Shown here: positions 9,108 through 16,635 of the stretch, in pieces
Position numbering within the stretch: position 1 is the stretch's first letter
Layout: each line of letters opens with the position of its first letter
Notes under the pieces: model-generated
Databases searched by the model: none
What the model saw: only the letters and a program-made list of their open reading frames with translations
Told to the model about the DNA's origin: nothing
From: Actinomycetes bacterium
GTDB lineage: Bacteria; Actinomycetota; Thermoleophilia; Solirubrobacterales; Solirubrobacteraceae
Direction: 5' to 3'
NCBI GenBank assembly: GCA_023429855.1
Contig: JAEZDB010000098.1
Location: forward strand, 1-35,414
Length of the DNA stretch: 35,414 bases
Program-made: the position numbers and the translations under genes

Positions 9108-10196
9108 TTACTTGCCGCCCGGCAGCGCGAGCCGCAGGATCTGCTTGAGCACCGAGCCGTACTGGCGGCCCAGGCGGCCCGAGTTGTAGGCGAGGCCGTG
9201 GCGTTCGCACACGGCACGCACCTGCGGCGCGATCTCGGCGTAGCGGCTGCTCGGCAGGTCGGGGAAGAGGTGGTGCTCGATCTGGAACGAGAGGTTGCCG
9301 GTGAGCAGGTGGAAGAGCTTGCTGCCTTCGAGGTTGCAGGAGCCGGCGAGCTGGCGGCGGTACCAGCCGCCGCGGCTCTCGCCCTCGTACTGCGCCTCGG
9401 TGAACGTCTCGGCGCCCTCCGGGATGTGGCCGCAGAAGACGATCGTCTGCACCCAGCGGTGGCGGGCCACGTTGGCCGGGGCGGGGGCGAGCAGCGCGGT
9501 GCGGGCGCCGCGGCGCCCGGCGAGCGCGGGGAACGCGACGTAGTCCTTGAGCGCCTGGCGGCCCGCTTTCCGGGCGAGCGCCTTGATCTCGCCGCGTGCA
9601 CGCTCGCTGCTCTTTTCGCCGCGCCGTACCGCGTCGAGCTCCATGTCGTAGAGGGCGATCGCCCACTCGAACACGGCGCCCATCGCGAAGAAGTACACCG
9701 GCTGCACGAGGTACACCGGGCTCCACGGCTGCTCGGGCTCCACGCGGAACGCCGAGTAGCCCAGGTCGCGGTCGCGCCCGAGGACGTTCGTGTAGGTGTG
9801 GTGCTGGTAGTTGTGCGCGTGCCTCCATGAGGCCGCGGTCGAGACCTGGTCCCATTCCCACGTGGTCGAGTGGATCTCCGGGTCGCGCATCCAGTCCCAC
9901 TGGCCGTGCATCACGTTGTGGCCGATCTCCATGTTCTCGATCACCTTCGCGATCGTGAGCAGGCCGCCGCCGACGATCGCCGCCGGCTGGTACCGCGCGC
10001 CGAGCAGCACGATCCGCGCGGCCAGCTCGAGGCGGCGCTGCATCGTGATGACGCCGACGATGTAGGCGCGGTCGCTGGCACCCAGCTCGGCGCGGACCGC
10101 GGCAGCGATGGCGTCGAGCTCAGCCGCGAGGGTGTCGTCGGAGAGATCCGGGGCGGGGGCGCCGGGGTTCCCGTCCGGCAGGGCGGCCAGCGTCAT
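9108..10196 (-). CDS. membrane fatty-acid (acyl-CoA/acyl-lipid) desaturase
   Basis: 362 aa with three His boxes: HNVMHGQWDW, HNYQHHTYTN and QIEHHLFPD. Hydrophobic segments are also present. Confidence 0.93.
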   Translation of the reverse strand: MTLAALPDGNPGAPAPDLSDDTLAAELDAIAAAVRAELGASDRAYIVGVITMQRRLELAARIVLLGARYQPAAIVGGGLLTIAKVIENMEIGHNVMHGQWDWMRDPEIHSTTWEWDQVSTAASWRHAHNYQHHTYTNVLGRDRDLGYSAFRVEPEQPWSPVYLVQPVYFFAMGAVFEWAIALYDMELDAVRRGEKSSERARGEIKALARKAGRQALKDYVAFPALAGRRGARTALLAPAPANVARHRWVQTIVFCGHIPEGAETFTEAQYEGESRGGWYRRQLAGSCNLEGSKLFHLLTGNLSFQIEHHLFPDLPSSRYAEIAPQVRAVCERHGLAYNSGRLGRQYGSVLKQILRLALPGGK

Positions 10197-10356
10197 GCGC
10201 CCAGGTTACGGATCTGCACCGGCGATGCGACCGCCAATGCTGAACAATCCGAAAATCAGACCAGGCCTGGCGCGCCCGCGGTCTGGCGGTTGCCGCAGCG
10301 GAGGCGGGTCGGCAGCCTCGTTGGCCGGGCACCGCGGCCGCGGGTACGCTCCCGCC

Positions 10357-11334
10357 ATGCGAGGCAGACTGCTGGTTCTTGGAGCGTTGACGGCGGCGCT
10401 CGCGCTCCCGGCGACCGCGGCGGCGGTCGGCATTGGCACACTCGACTCGATCAGGCTGCCCGACGCGGCGTCGCATATCGCTGCCGGCCCCGACGGCTCG
10501 GTCTTCGTGACGCTGACCGCCACGCGTCAGGTCGCGAAGGTCGCCCCCGACGGCACGGTCACCACGTCGGCGGATCTCGGCGGAGCCGCGAGCGGCATCG
10601 CGGTCGCCGACGGCAAGGTCTGGGCGACGGTCACGTCGCTGAAGAAGGTCGCCGCCTTCGACCCCGCGAACCTCGACTCGGTCACGTTTACGAACACCCC
10701 CGCGAACCGGTGTGGGCCCGTCGCGGTTGCCGGGCTGGGCGACGGGAGCGTGTACGTGTCGCTGCCGAACGACGGCACGGGGGCGACGTGCTCGCCGGCC
10801 ACCCCGTCGTCGCTGCTTCCCATCACCGCGGCGTCGGGCGCGGCAGGCCTCTGGGTCGACGATCGCGGCCAGGCGTTTGATCTCCTCGCCAGCGGTGGCG
10901 CGTTGTGGGTGCCCGACTTCGGCGGCGACAGGGTTCGCCGCTTGGCGCCCGGTGCGGCGCTCACGGTCACGGCGTCGTTTGACGTGCCTGCCGGGGCGCA
11001 GCCGCAGGGCATCGGCCTCGCCCCCGACGGCCAGATCGTGGTGTCGCTCTGGGGCACCGGAAGCGCCGCTCGCGTCGCGCCCGACGCTGCCAGCGGCACG
11101 ATGATGCAGACCTTTGCTTCGCAGCTCCCCTCGCCTGCTGGCGTCACGAGCGTCGGCGGCTCGCTCTACATCGCCGCGACGCGGTCGGCGGCGGGACGCC
11201 GTCGCTGCGCCGGCTCCCATCCGACGGTTCGCTCGTGCCCGCGATCACGCCGCTCGCCGGCGCCGCCCCGTGGCGCGCGGTGCCGGGCCCCGACGGCACC
11301 GTGCTCTTCACGGATCTCAACGATGCGCGCCTGA
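10357..11334 (+). CDS. secreted beta-propeller (NHL/Vgb-lyase-like repeat) protein, N-terminal fragment; reading frame is lost near 11178
   Basis: ATG at 10357 gives the signal peptide MRGRLLVLGALTAALALPATAAA. It is followed by repeated PDG(S/T/Q)(V/I) blade-like motifs up to ...VTSVGGSLYIAAT. The last ~50 codons (RSAAGRRRCAGSHPTVRS...) are Arg-rich out-of-frame text. See the frameshift finding. Confidence 0.7.
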   Translation: MRGRLLVLGALTAALALPATAAAVGIGTLDSIRLPDAASHIAAGPDGSVFVTLTATRQVAKVAPDGTVTTSADLGGAASGIAVADGKVWATVTSLKKVAAFDPANLDSVTFTNTPANRCGPVAVAGLGDGSVYVSLPNDGTGATCSPATPSSLLPITAASGAAGLWVDDRGQAFDLLASGGALWVPDFGGDRVRRLAPGAALTVTASFDVPAGAQPQGIGLAPDGQIVVSLWGTGSAARVAPDAASGTMMQTFASQLPSPAGVTSVGGSLYIAATRSAAGRRRCAGSHPTVRSCPRSRRSPAPPRGARCRAPTAPCSSRISTMRA

Positions 11335-12065
11335 TGCGCTTTACCTCGCGGCCGCCGCGCGCTGCGACCGGCGGCGTCGCGGAGAACAACGGCAGCTCGG
11401 AGAAGGCCGATCTGGTCGTGAACCCAGGCGGCAACCTCGCCGTCGTCACGGTCCAGTACGGGACGACCACCGCCTACGGCTCGACCGCGCTCGCCGTCCC
11501 GATCGGCTTCCCGGGCGTGCCCGCTGCAAGCGGCATCGCCGATGTCGCGCTGCGCGCCGACCTCACCGGCCTCTCGCTCGGCACCACCTACCACTACCGC
11601 GCCGTCGCCGTGACCGCCGAGGGCACCGCCTACGGCGAGGACCGCACCTTCACGGCACCCACCGAGGGCGTCCCGCCGATCGGCGGCGGCAGCGCATCGA
11701 CGCGCCCGTCGATCACCCTCACCCGCTCGGCGAGGAAGGGCGTCCTCAAGGTCACCAAGATCCGCGTCACAAGGCTCACCGGTGGCGAGACGATCAAGGT
11801 CACCTGCACCGGCAAGGGCTGCCCGCGCAAGAAGAAGGACCGCACGGTCACCAAGACCGCCAAGCAGGCCGGCGCCCTGACCGTCTCCGCGAAGAAGATC
11901 ACAAGCGCCAAACTCGGCAAGGGCGCCAAGGTCACCGTCACGGTCACGAAGGCCGGGACGACCGGCGTCGTCACCACCGCCACCGTCACGAAGAAGCGCA
12001 AGTTCGACGTCCAAGAGCGCTGCTTGGTCGCAGGGGCGAAGTCGCCGTCGAAGTGCGCCGGGTGA
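11235..12065 (+). CDS. C-terminal part of the same beta-propeller protein (frame shifted), with an Ig/FN3-like segment and a Lys-rich Cys-containing tail
   Basis: This frame is already open and protein-like upstream of 11235 (DAVGGGTPSLRRLPSDGSLVPAITPLAG...). It continues the propeller motif (PGPDGTVLFTDLNDARLMRF), then TVQYGTTTAYG...TTYHYRAVAVTAEGTAYG, then a K/T/V-rich tail. Alternative annotated starts are GTG 11235 or ATG 11334. Confidence 0.65.
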   Translation: MPAITPLAGAAPWRAVPGPDGTVLFTDLNDARLMRFTSRPPRAATGGVAENNGSSEKADLVVNPGGNLAVVTVQYGTTTAYGSTALAVPIGFPGVPAASGIADVALRADLTGLSLGTTYHYRAVAVTAEGTAYGEDRTFTAPTEGVPPIGGGSASTRPSITLTRSARKGVLKVTKIRVTRLTGGETIKVTCTGKGCPRKKKDRTVTKTAKQAGALTVSAKKITSAKLGKGAKVTVTVTKAGTTGVVTTATVTKKRKFDVQERCLVAGAKSPSKCAG

Positions 12066-12123
12066 GCGGGTGGGCTGGCGCTCGCTGACCCCCGATCACG
12101 AGCGCGCCCGGACCCCGAAGCGA

Positions 12124-12150
12124 CGGAACCCCGCCGAAGCAGGGGTTCCG
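12124..12150. terminator. hairpin between the convergent beta-propeller gene and tRNA-Val (candidate bidirectional terminator)
   Basis: 9-bp stem cggaacccc (12124-12132) / ggggttccg (12142-12150) with a 9-nt loop. There is no clear U-tract. Confidence 0.4.
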
Positions 12151-12155
12151 AATGA

Positions 12156-12227
12156 TGGGCGCGGCGGGTTTCGAACCTGCGACCGCTCGCGTGTGAAGCG
12201 AGCGCTCTCCCACTGAGCTACGCGCCC
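12156..12227 (-). tRNA. tRNA-Val: tRNA-Val (anticodon CAC)
   Basis: The reverse complement reads GGGCGCGTAGCTCAGTGGGAGAGCGCTCGCTTCACACGCGAGCGGTCGCAGGTTCGAAACCCGCCGCGCCCA. It has a 7-bp acceptor stem, a GCTC/GAGC D-arm, and a CTCGC/GCGAG anticodon stem with loop TTCACAC. The T-arm is GCAGG-TTCGAAA-CCCGC with one A-C mismatch. CCA is not encoded. Confidence 0.93.
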
Positions 12228-12281
12228 TCTGGCCGGCGGCGGCGCCCGCTTGGCGGGCCGCGACCGGTGAGGTGAGGGGCC

Positions 12282-12713
12282 ATGCTATCGCGGGGCCGGG
12301 CTGGGCGTCACGATGGTGCGGTGACGCCTTCGGAACACCCGCGCGGCAAGCGGCCGCGGCCGGCAGCGAGCGGCGACAAGGCACTACGAGCGACACGCGG
12401 CGGCAAGCCTCAGCCACCGCGGCGGGTCGACACGCTGCCAGCCGCCGAGTGGTACTCGGTGCGGCGCGCGGTCAACAGCAAGCCGTCGACCTACACGTGC
12501 CCGTTCTGCCGCGGCCACCTGCTCGCGCTGACCGAGCACGTGCTCGTGGCACCAGAGGGCGACACGACGCGCCGCCGGCACGCCCACACGCAGTGCACGC
12601 TGGAGGCGCGCGCCGCCGGGACGCTGCCCTCGCAGGAGGAGTGGCGCGCCACGCAGCCCAAGCCGCCTGGGCTCTTCGCGCGGCTCAAGAGCCGCCGCGG
12701 CACGCCGGACTGA
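12282..12713 (+). CDS. conserved-looking hypothetical protein with CxxC...HxHxxC putative zinc site
   Basis: 143-aa ORF. The C-terminal two thirds have high GC3 and contain YTCPFCRGHL ... RRRHAHTQC. The first ~40 codons have poorer codon usage, so the true start may be further downstream. Confidence 0.6.
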   Translation: MLSRGRAGRHDGAVTPSEHPRGKRPRPAASGDKALRATRGGKPQPPRRVDTLPAAEWYSVRRAVNSKPSTYTCPFCRGHLLALTEHVLVAPEGDTTRRRHAHTQCTLEARAAGTLPSQEEWRATQPKPPGLFARLKSRRGTPD

Positions 12714-12721
12714 CCAGCCGC

Positions 12722-12823
12722 CCGCCACGAACGCCGAAAACCGGCGCTCCCGGCGGACGGCACCGCCGCGCGAACCGAAGCCTCCGCCACGAACGCCGAA
12801 AAGCGGCGCTCCCGGCGGACGGC
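12722..12823. repeat. two direct copies of a 40-nt core, 62 nt apart
   Basis: 12722-12761 and 12784-12823 (ccgccacgaacgccgaaaa[c/g]cggcgctcccggcggacggc) differ at one position. Each copy contains the small hairpin cgccg-aaaa[c/g]-cggcg and is followed by a cggcgg...ccgccg stem. Confidence 0.8.
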
Positions 12824-12873
12824 TCCGCGCCGCCGCGCGCAGCGCGACCGCTCCTGAACTAGATTCTCGCCCT

Positions 12874-13461
12874 GTGCTGCGCGAGGTCGAGGAGGCGGTC
12901 CACCGGTACGCGGCCGGCGCCTTCCCGATGGACGACGCGGGCGCGGTCGAGCTGCCGTGGTACACGGCGCCGGAGCGGGCGCTGTTCGAGCTCGACGGTG
13001 CATCGCGGGACGCGGTGCGGCGCAAGGTCCGCCGCGACGTGCGGGCGTGCGCGTCGTTTGAGCTGGTGATCGACCAGGACTACGAGGCGGTGCTGGAACT
13101 CTGCGCCGCGCCGCCGCCGGGCGAGGGCGTGTGGATCACCCCGCGACTCGCCGCGCTCTACCGGCGGCTGCACACCGCGGGCTACGCGCACAGCTTCGAG
13201 CTGCGCACGCCCGGCGGCGACCTCGCGGCCGGCATCCTCGGCGTGGTCCTGGGCCGCGCGGCGATGCTCGAGTCGATGCGGCGCACCATGCCATCGGCCG
13301 GCAACGCGCTGCTGATCCGCACGCTCGACCTGCTGCACGACCGCGACATCGAGCTCTGCGACATCCAGCTCCCCACCGACCACACCCAGCGGCTCGGCTG
13401 CGTACTGGTCCCGCAGGACGAGTACGAGGCGCGCCTCGCGTCGGCGCTGCGCCCCCGCTGA
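12874..13461 (+). CDS. aat: leucyl/phenylalanyl-tRNA--protein transferase
   Basis: 195 aa with a GTG start. The N-terminus has YAAGAFPM. The core reads WITPRLAALYRRLHTAGYAHSFELR..GDLAAGILGVVLGRAAMLESM ... GNALL...L..L......L.DIQ, matching the L/F-transferase family layout. Confidence 0.88.
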   Translation: MLREVEEAVHRYAAGAFPMDDAGAVELPWYTAPERALFELDGASRDAVRRKVRRDVRACASFELVIDQDYEAVLELCAAPPPGEGVWITPRLAALYRRLHTAGYAHSFELRTPGGDLAAGILGVVLGRAAMLESMRRTMPSAGNALLIRTLDLLHDRDIELCDIQLPTDHTQRLGCVLVPQDEYEARLASALRPR

Positions 13462-13578
13462 CCAGCGCGCGATCAGCGTCGCAGCGTCGGAACGGCGCCG
13501 ACGACTGCAACCGCTGTGCCGCACCCCGCTGACGCGACACCTGCCGAACGCCGCGCCCGCGTGTGATGGGATGACGGC

Positions 13579-14097
13579 GTGCGTGCGCCGATCGAGCCCG
13601 GGAACCCCGGCTGGGACCCCGATGCCGCGGAAGACCGCGCCAACAGGGTCGGCGCGGGCCTGCGCGGCGCGGGCTTCATCGCGATCCTGATCGCGTTCCT
13701 GTTCGTCTCGCAGCAGTACGTCGGCGGCACCGACGACGACCCGCAGCCCGGACCCGCCGCGATCTACGCGGTTTCGGAACTTGAACCGGCGATCGAACGG
13801 CTCAGGTCCGGCGCCGTCGTCGTCTACGGCGCGTCGCCAGCGCTGCGTGCCAAGATCGAAAACGACTCCGCCGTCGACGCGTTCGTCGGCGCCCGAGCCG
13901 ACGTACAGACGCTGATCGACGACGGCCGCTGCACCGACCCCGAAGCCGTCACGACGGAGCCGAACCAACTGGCCGCCTGCCTCATCGACCGCGACGGCGC
14001 CCGTACGGAGGCGGCCGCCGCGTTCATCGACGAGCTCACCGGCATCGCGGGCCGCGACCTGCTGCTGAAGGCCGGCTTCGAGCTGCCGCCGCGCTAA
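13579..14097 (+). CDS. membrane-anchored short protein with ModA-like (type 2 periplasmic binding protein) end segments
   Basis: 172 aa with a GTG start and high GC3. It has one TM segment (GAGFIAILIAFLFV). AIYAVSELEPAI...VVYGASPALRAKIENDSAVDAFVGA and the C-terminal AAAAFIDELTG..GRDLLLKAGFE resemble the N- and C-terminal parts of molybdate/solute-binding proteins. Confidence 0.6.
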   Translation: MRAPIEPGNPGWDPDAAEDRANRVGAGLRGAGFIAILIAFLFVSQQYVGGTDDDPQPGPAAIYAVSELEPAIERLRSGAVVVYGASPALRAKIENDSAVDAFVGARADVQTLIDDGRCTDPEAVTTEPNQLAACLIDRDGARTEAAAAFIDELTGIAGRDLLLKAGFELPPR

Positions 14098-14140
14098 GCG
14101 CCGCGGTCCGGATCAGCTGACCCGAACCGCAGCACAACGC

Positions 14141-14755
14141 CTAGACGGCGCAGAGCGAGACCACCTTCTGCAGGCCGCCGCGCTGCCGGGTCGTGCGCAC
14201 CTTGCACGGGTCAAAGCCGTTGGCCTGCAGTACGGCGCGGACGGTGGTGAACTGCGCGGGGCTGAACGCGGAGGTGCGCGAGAGCACGAAGGCCGAGGTG
14301 CGATCCGGGTCGCCGACGACGGCCCAGTCGTAGGCGTCGCCGAGCCCGATCACGATGTAGTTCGGACGGTTCCCCGGGTACGACCAGCCGCCTGAGAGCG
14401 TGGGCACGAACGTGACCTGCAGCTGCGCGTTCGTGACCGGATCGAGCACGCGGGCCCGGCCGCGGGTGACGATGTTGGCGCCCGCCGGGCCGACGCAGCG
14501 GTTGCTGACGCGCACGGTGCCGTCGTCGTTGCGCGAGTAGTTGGCGACGGTGTCGCTGACGCAGAGCGCTTCGAACCACTGCGGCAGCGACGCGATCTGG
14601 CGCCACTCGCCGGTGTAGCGCTGCAGGTCGAGCGACGGCACGGGTGTAACTGCGGTCGCCCCTGCAGGCGTTGCCACTACGCCGGAGCTGGCTGCGGCAA
14701 TGCCGAGCGTCGCCACCGCGGTCGCGAAAAGGGTACGGGCACGAAGACTGGACAT
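14141..14755 (-). CDS. blc: bacterial lipocalin (Blc-like), secreted
   Basis: 204 aa with a signal peptide. Lipocalin motifs are present: LDLQRYTGEWRQIA, Y....DG.V.V.N.C, and YIVIGLGDAYDWAVVGDPDRTSAFVLSRT. Confidence 0.85.
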   Translation of the reverse strand: MSSLRARTLFATAVATLGIAAASSGVVATPAGATAVTPVPSLDLQRYTGEWRQIASLPQWFEALCVSDTVANYSRNDDGTVRVSNRCVGPAGANIVTRGRARVLDPVTNAQLQVTFVPTLSGGWSYPGNRPNYIVIGLGDAYDWAVVGDPDRTSAFVLSRTSAFSPAQFTTVRAVLQANGFDPCKVRTTRQRGGLQKVVSLCAV

Positions 14756-14927
14756 GCCTCCCCTACGCAGCGGCCGATGTCATCGGATGACGACGTGCGG
14801 GGCAACGGCGGTCGAGCCGCCGCGCGCCCAACGCGCGACCGAGCTGCCCCCGCCCAAGTCGCGACCGAGTCGGGCTCACCGCGAGTGAACGCACGCTCAC
14901 TCGTTTACGCGCGACACTGCGCAGGCC

Positions 14928-16100
14928 ATGAGCAGTCCGAAGATCCCGCGCGCCGCCGACGACCACACCGCCGAGGCGGCCGCCACGCGTCGCGACTTCG
15001 TCCGCGAGCAGACGGGCGCGAGCCTCGACCATGTCGGCAGTTTCAGCGTCGACCCGGCCACGCTGCCGGGCAACGTCGAGCACTTCACGGGGGTGGCGCA
15101 GGTGCCGATCGGCATCGCGGGTCCGATCCGCGTGAACGGCGAGCACGCCAACGGCGAGTTCTACGTGCCGATGGCGACGACCGAGGGCACGCTCGTCGCG
15201 TCGTACAACCGCGGCATGAAGCTGCTGAACCTTGCCGGCGGCGTGCAGACGACGGTCGTGAAGGAGTCGATGCAGCGCGCGCCGGTCTTCATGTTCGAGT
15301 CGGCCCGCGAGGCGCGCGACTTCGAGGTCTGGCTGCGGGCGACCGAACCTGCGATCAAGGCCGCGGCCGAGACGACGACCGCCACGGGCAAGCTCGTCGA
15401 GATCGAGGCGTACCTTGCTGGCCGCTTCTGCTTCACCCGTTTCGACTACACGACGGGCGACGCCGCCGGCCAGAACATGACCGGCAAGGCGACGTGGGCC
15501 GCCGCCGAGTGGATCAAGGCGAACTACACGGCCGCGCCGCTCGACTACACGCTCGAGGCCAACCTCGCGACCGACAAGAAGCACTCGCAGATCAACAACC
15601 TGCAGACCCGCGGGCGCCGCGTGATCGCCGAGGCGCTGATTCCCGACGCCGCCCTGCGCGAGGTCATGAAGACGACGAGCGCCGCGCTCTACCGCCGACG
15701 CCAGATCTCCGGCCAGATCGGCGCCTGGCTTTCGGGCTCCGTCAACAACGGCGCGCACTCCGCCAACGGCATCACCGCGATGTTTATCGCCACCGGGCAG
15801 GACGCCGCGAACGTCGCCGAGTCGCACGCCGCCCACGCCTACGTAGAGCTGCGCGAGAACGGCGACTACTACTACTCGATCACCATGCCGTCGATCATCT
15901 GCGCGACTTACGGCGGCGGCACCGGCCTCGCCACGCAGCGCGAGTGCCTGGAGATGATGGGCTGCTACGGCGCCGGCAAGGTCCTCAAGCTCTGCGAGAT
16001 CATCGGGGCCACCGTCGTCGCTGGCGAGCTGTCGCTCGGCTCGGCGATCGTCGCCGACGAGTGGGTCAGCGCCCACGACCAGTTCGGCCGCAACCGCTGA
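14928..16100 (+). CDS. hydroxymethylglutaryl-CoA reductase, class I catalytic domain
   Basis: 390 aa. Motifs include NVEHFTGVAQVPIGIAGP, MATTEGTLVASYNRG, TGDAAGQNM and GGGTGL..Q.ECL. There is no N-terminal membrane domain. Confidence 0.92.
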   Translation: MSSPKIPRAADDHTAEAAATRRDFVREQTGASLDHVGSFSVDPATLPGNVEHFTGVAQVPIGIAGPIRVNGEHANGEFYVPMATTEGTLVASYNRGMKLLNLAGGVQTTVVKESMQRAPVFMFESAREARDFEVWLRATEPAIKAAAETTTATGKLVEIEAYLAGRFCFTRFDYTTGDAAGQNMTGKATWAAAEWIKANYTAAPLDYTLEANLATDKKHSQINNLQTRGRRVIAEALIPDAALREVMKTTSAALYRRRQISGQIGAWLSGSVNNGAHSANGITAMFIATGQDAANVAESHAAHAYVELRENGDYYYSITMPSIICATYGGGTGLATQRECLEMMGCYGAGKVLKLCEIIGATVVAGELSLGSAIVADEWVSAHDQFGRNR

Positions 16101-16228
16101 CGGCCAGGGCGCCAGGAGTCGCCCGAGGGCCAGGGCTCCCCAGCGCGGCGAGCCGCGACAGGGCCGAGAGCGGTGAGGGCTACGAAACCCGCCAACGAGT
16201 CCGGACGCCGGGACAGCCCCCTCTTGCA

Positions 16229-16268
16229 GAGCAGTGTCGGATTACGCCCTGCTCGGGGCGTGATCTGG
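16229..16268. repeat. hairpin (REP/MITE-end-like) element, left copy
   Basis: Sequence gagcagtgtcggattacgccct-gctc-ggggcgtgatctgg. The 22-nt core at 16229-16250 is the exact reverse complement of 16654-16675. The stem is 12 bp, including two G-T pairs. Confidence 0.85.
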
Positions 16269-16310
16269 CACCCAAGCACCACGAATCACACCCTCGTAAG
16301 GCTGGGGCGT

Positions 16311-16567
16311 CCTGACCCCAGGCGCCCGACGAGGCCGGTCGCGCCGCGCACCGTTTCTGATGTCGCCACCCGACCACCCCCAGCCACCCGACGAGGCGGT
16401 CGCGCCGCGCGTCGTTTCTGATGTCGCCACCCGACCACCCCCAGGCACCCGACGAGGCGGTCGCGCCGCGCGTCGTTTCTGATGTCGCTACCCGACCACC
16501 CCCAGGCACCCGACGAGGCGGTCGCGCCGCGCGTCGTTTCTGATGTCGCCGCCCGACCACCCCAGGC
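16311..16567. repeat. tandem repeat, four full copies of a 61-62-nt unit plus a partial leading copy; non-coding
   Basis: Units start at 16325, 16387, 16448 and 16509. The consensus is cccgacgaggcggtcgcgccgcgcgtcgtttctgatgtcgccacccgaccacccccaggca. Only a few substitutions and 1-nt indels separate the units, and the period is not a multiple of 3. Confidence 0.9.
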
Positions 16568-16635
16568 GAAGCGCGGCTCGCGGGCCCTCCAGGGAGCCAC
16601 AGCCGCTATGGGGTGTGAACTGGCGCGCCGCCACT

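Noticed and set aside
8296-9900. 534-aa ORF suggesting a much longer META-domain protein.
   Set aside because: A signal peptide and lipobox begin at the internal Met (start 9066). The upstream 278 codons overlap the desaturase gene in another frame and are Arg/Pro-rich.
12066-12290. tRNA-Val as a possible integration site for a genomic island or prophage.
   Set aside because: No integrase, excisionase or phage genes lie on either side. I saw no direct repeat of the tRNA 3' end in the window, and the flanking genes have the same composition as the rest.
14141-16100. Possible mevalonate-pathway or isoprenoid biosynthetic gene cluster around the HMG-CoA reductase.
   Set aside because: No other pathway enzymes, terpene synthases or prenyltransferases are present within the window. 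Only the orphan reductase can be supported.
14763-16315. 437-aa minus-strand and 512-aa plus-strand ORFs over the HMG-CoA reductase locus.
   Set aside because: The 14928-16100 frame carries all the HMGR motifs. The others are Arg/Gly/Asp-rich shadows.
16311-16567. The 61-nt periodicity equals a typical CRISPR repeat-plus-spacer length, so I checked whether this is a CRISPR array.
   Set aside because: The entire 61-62-nt unit is repeated almost identically, so there are no variable spacers. No cas genes are in the window. It is a tandem repeat, not a CRISPR array.
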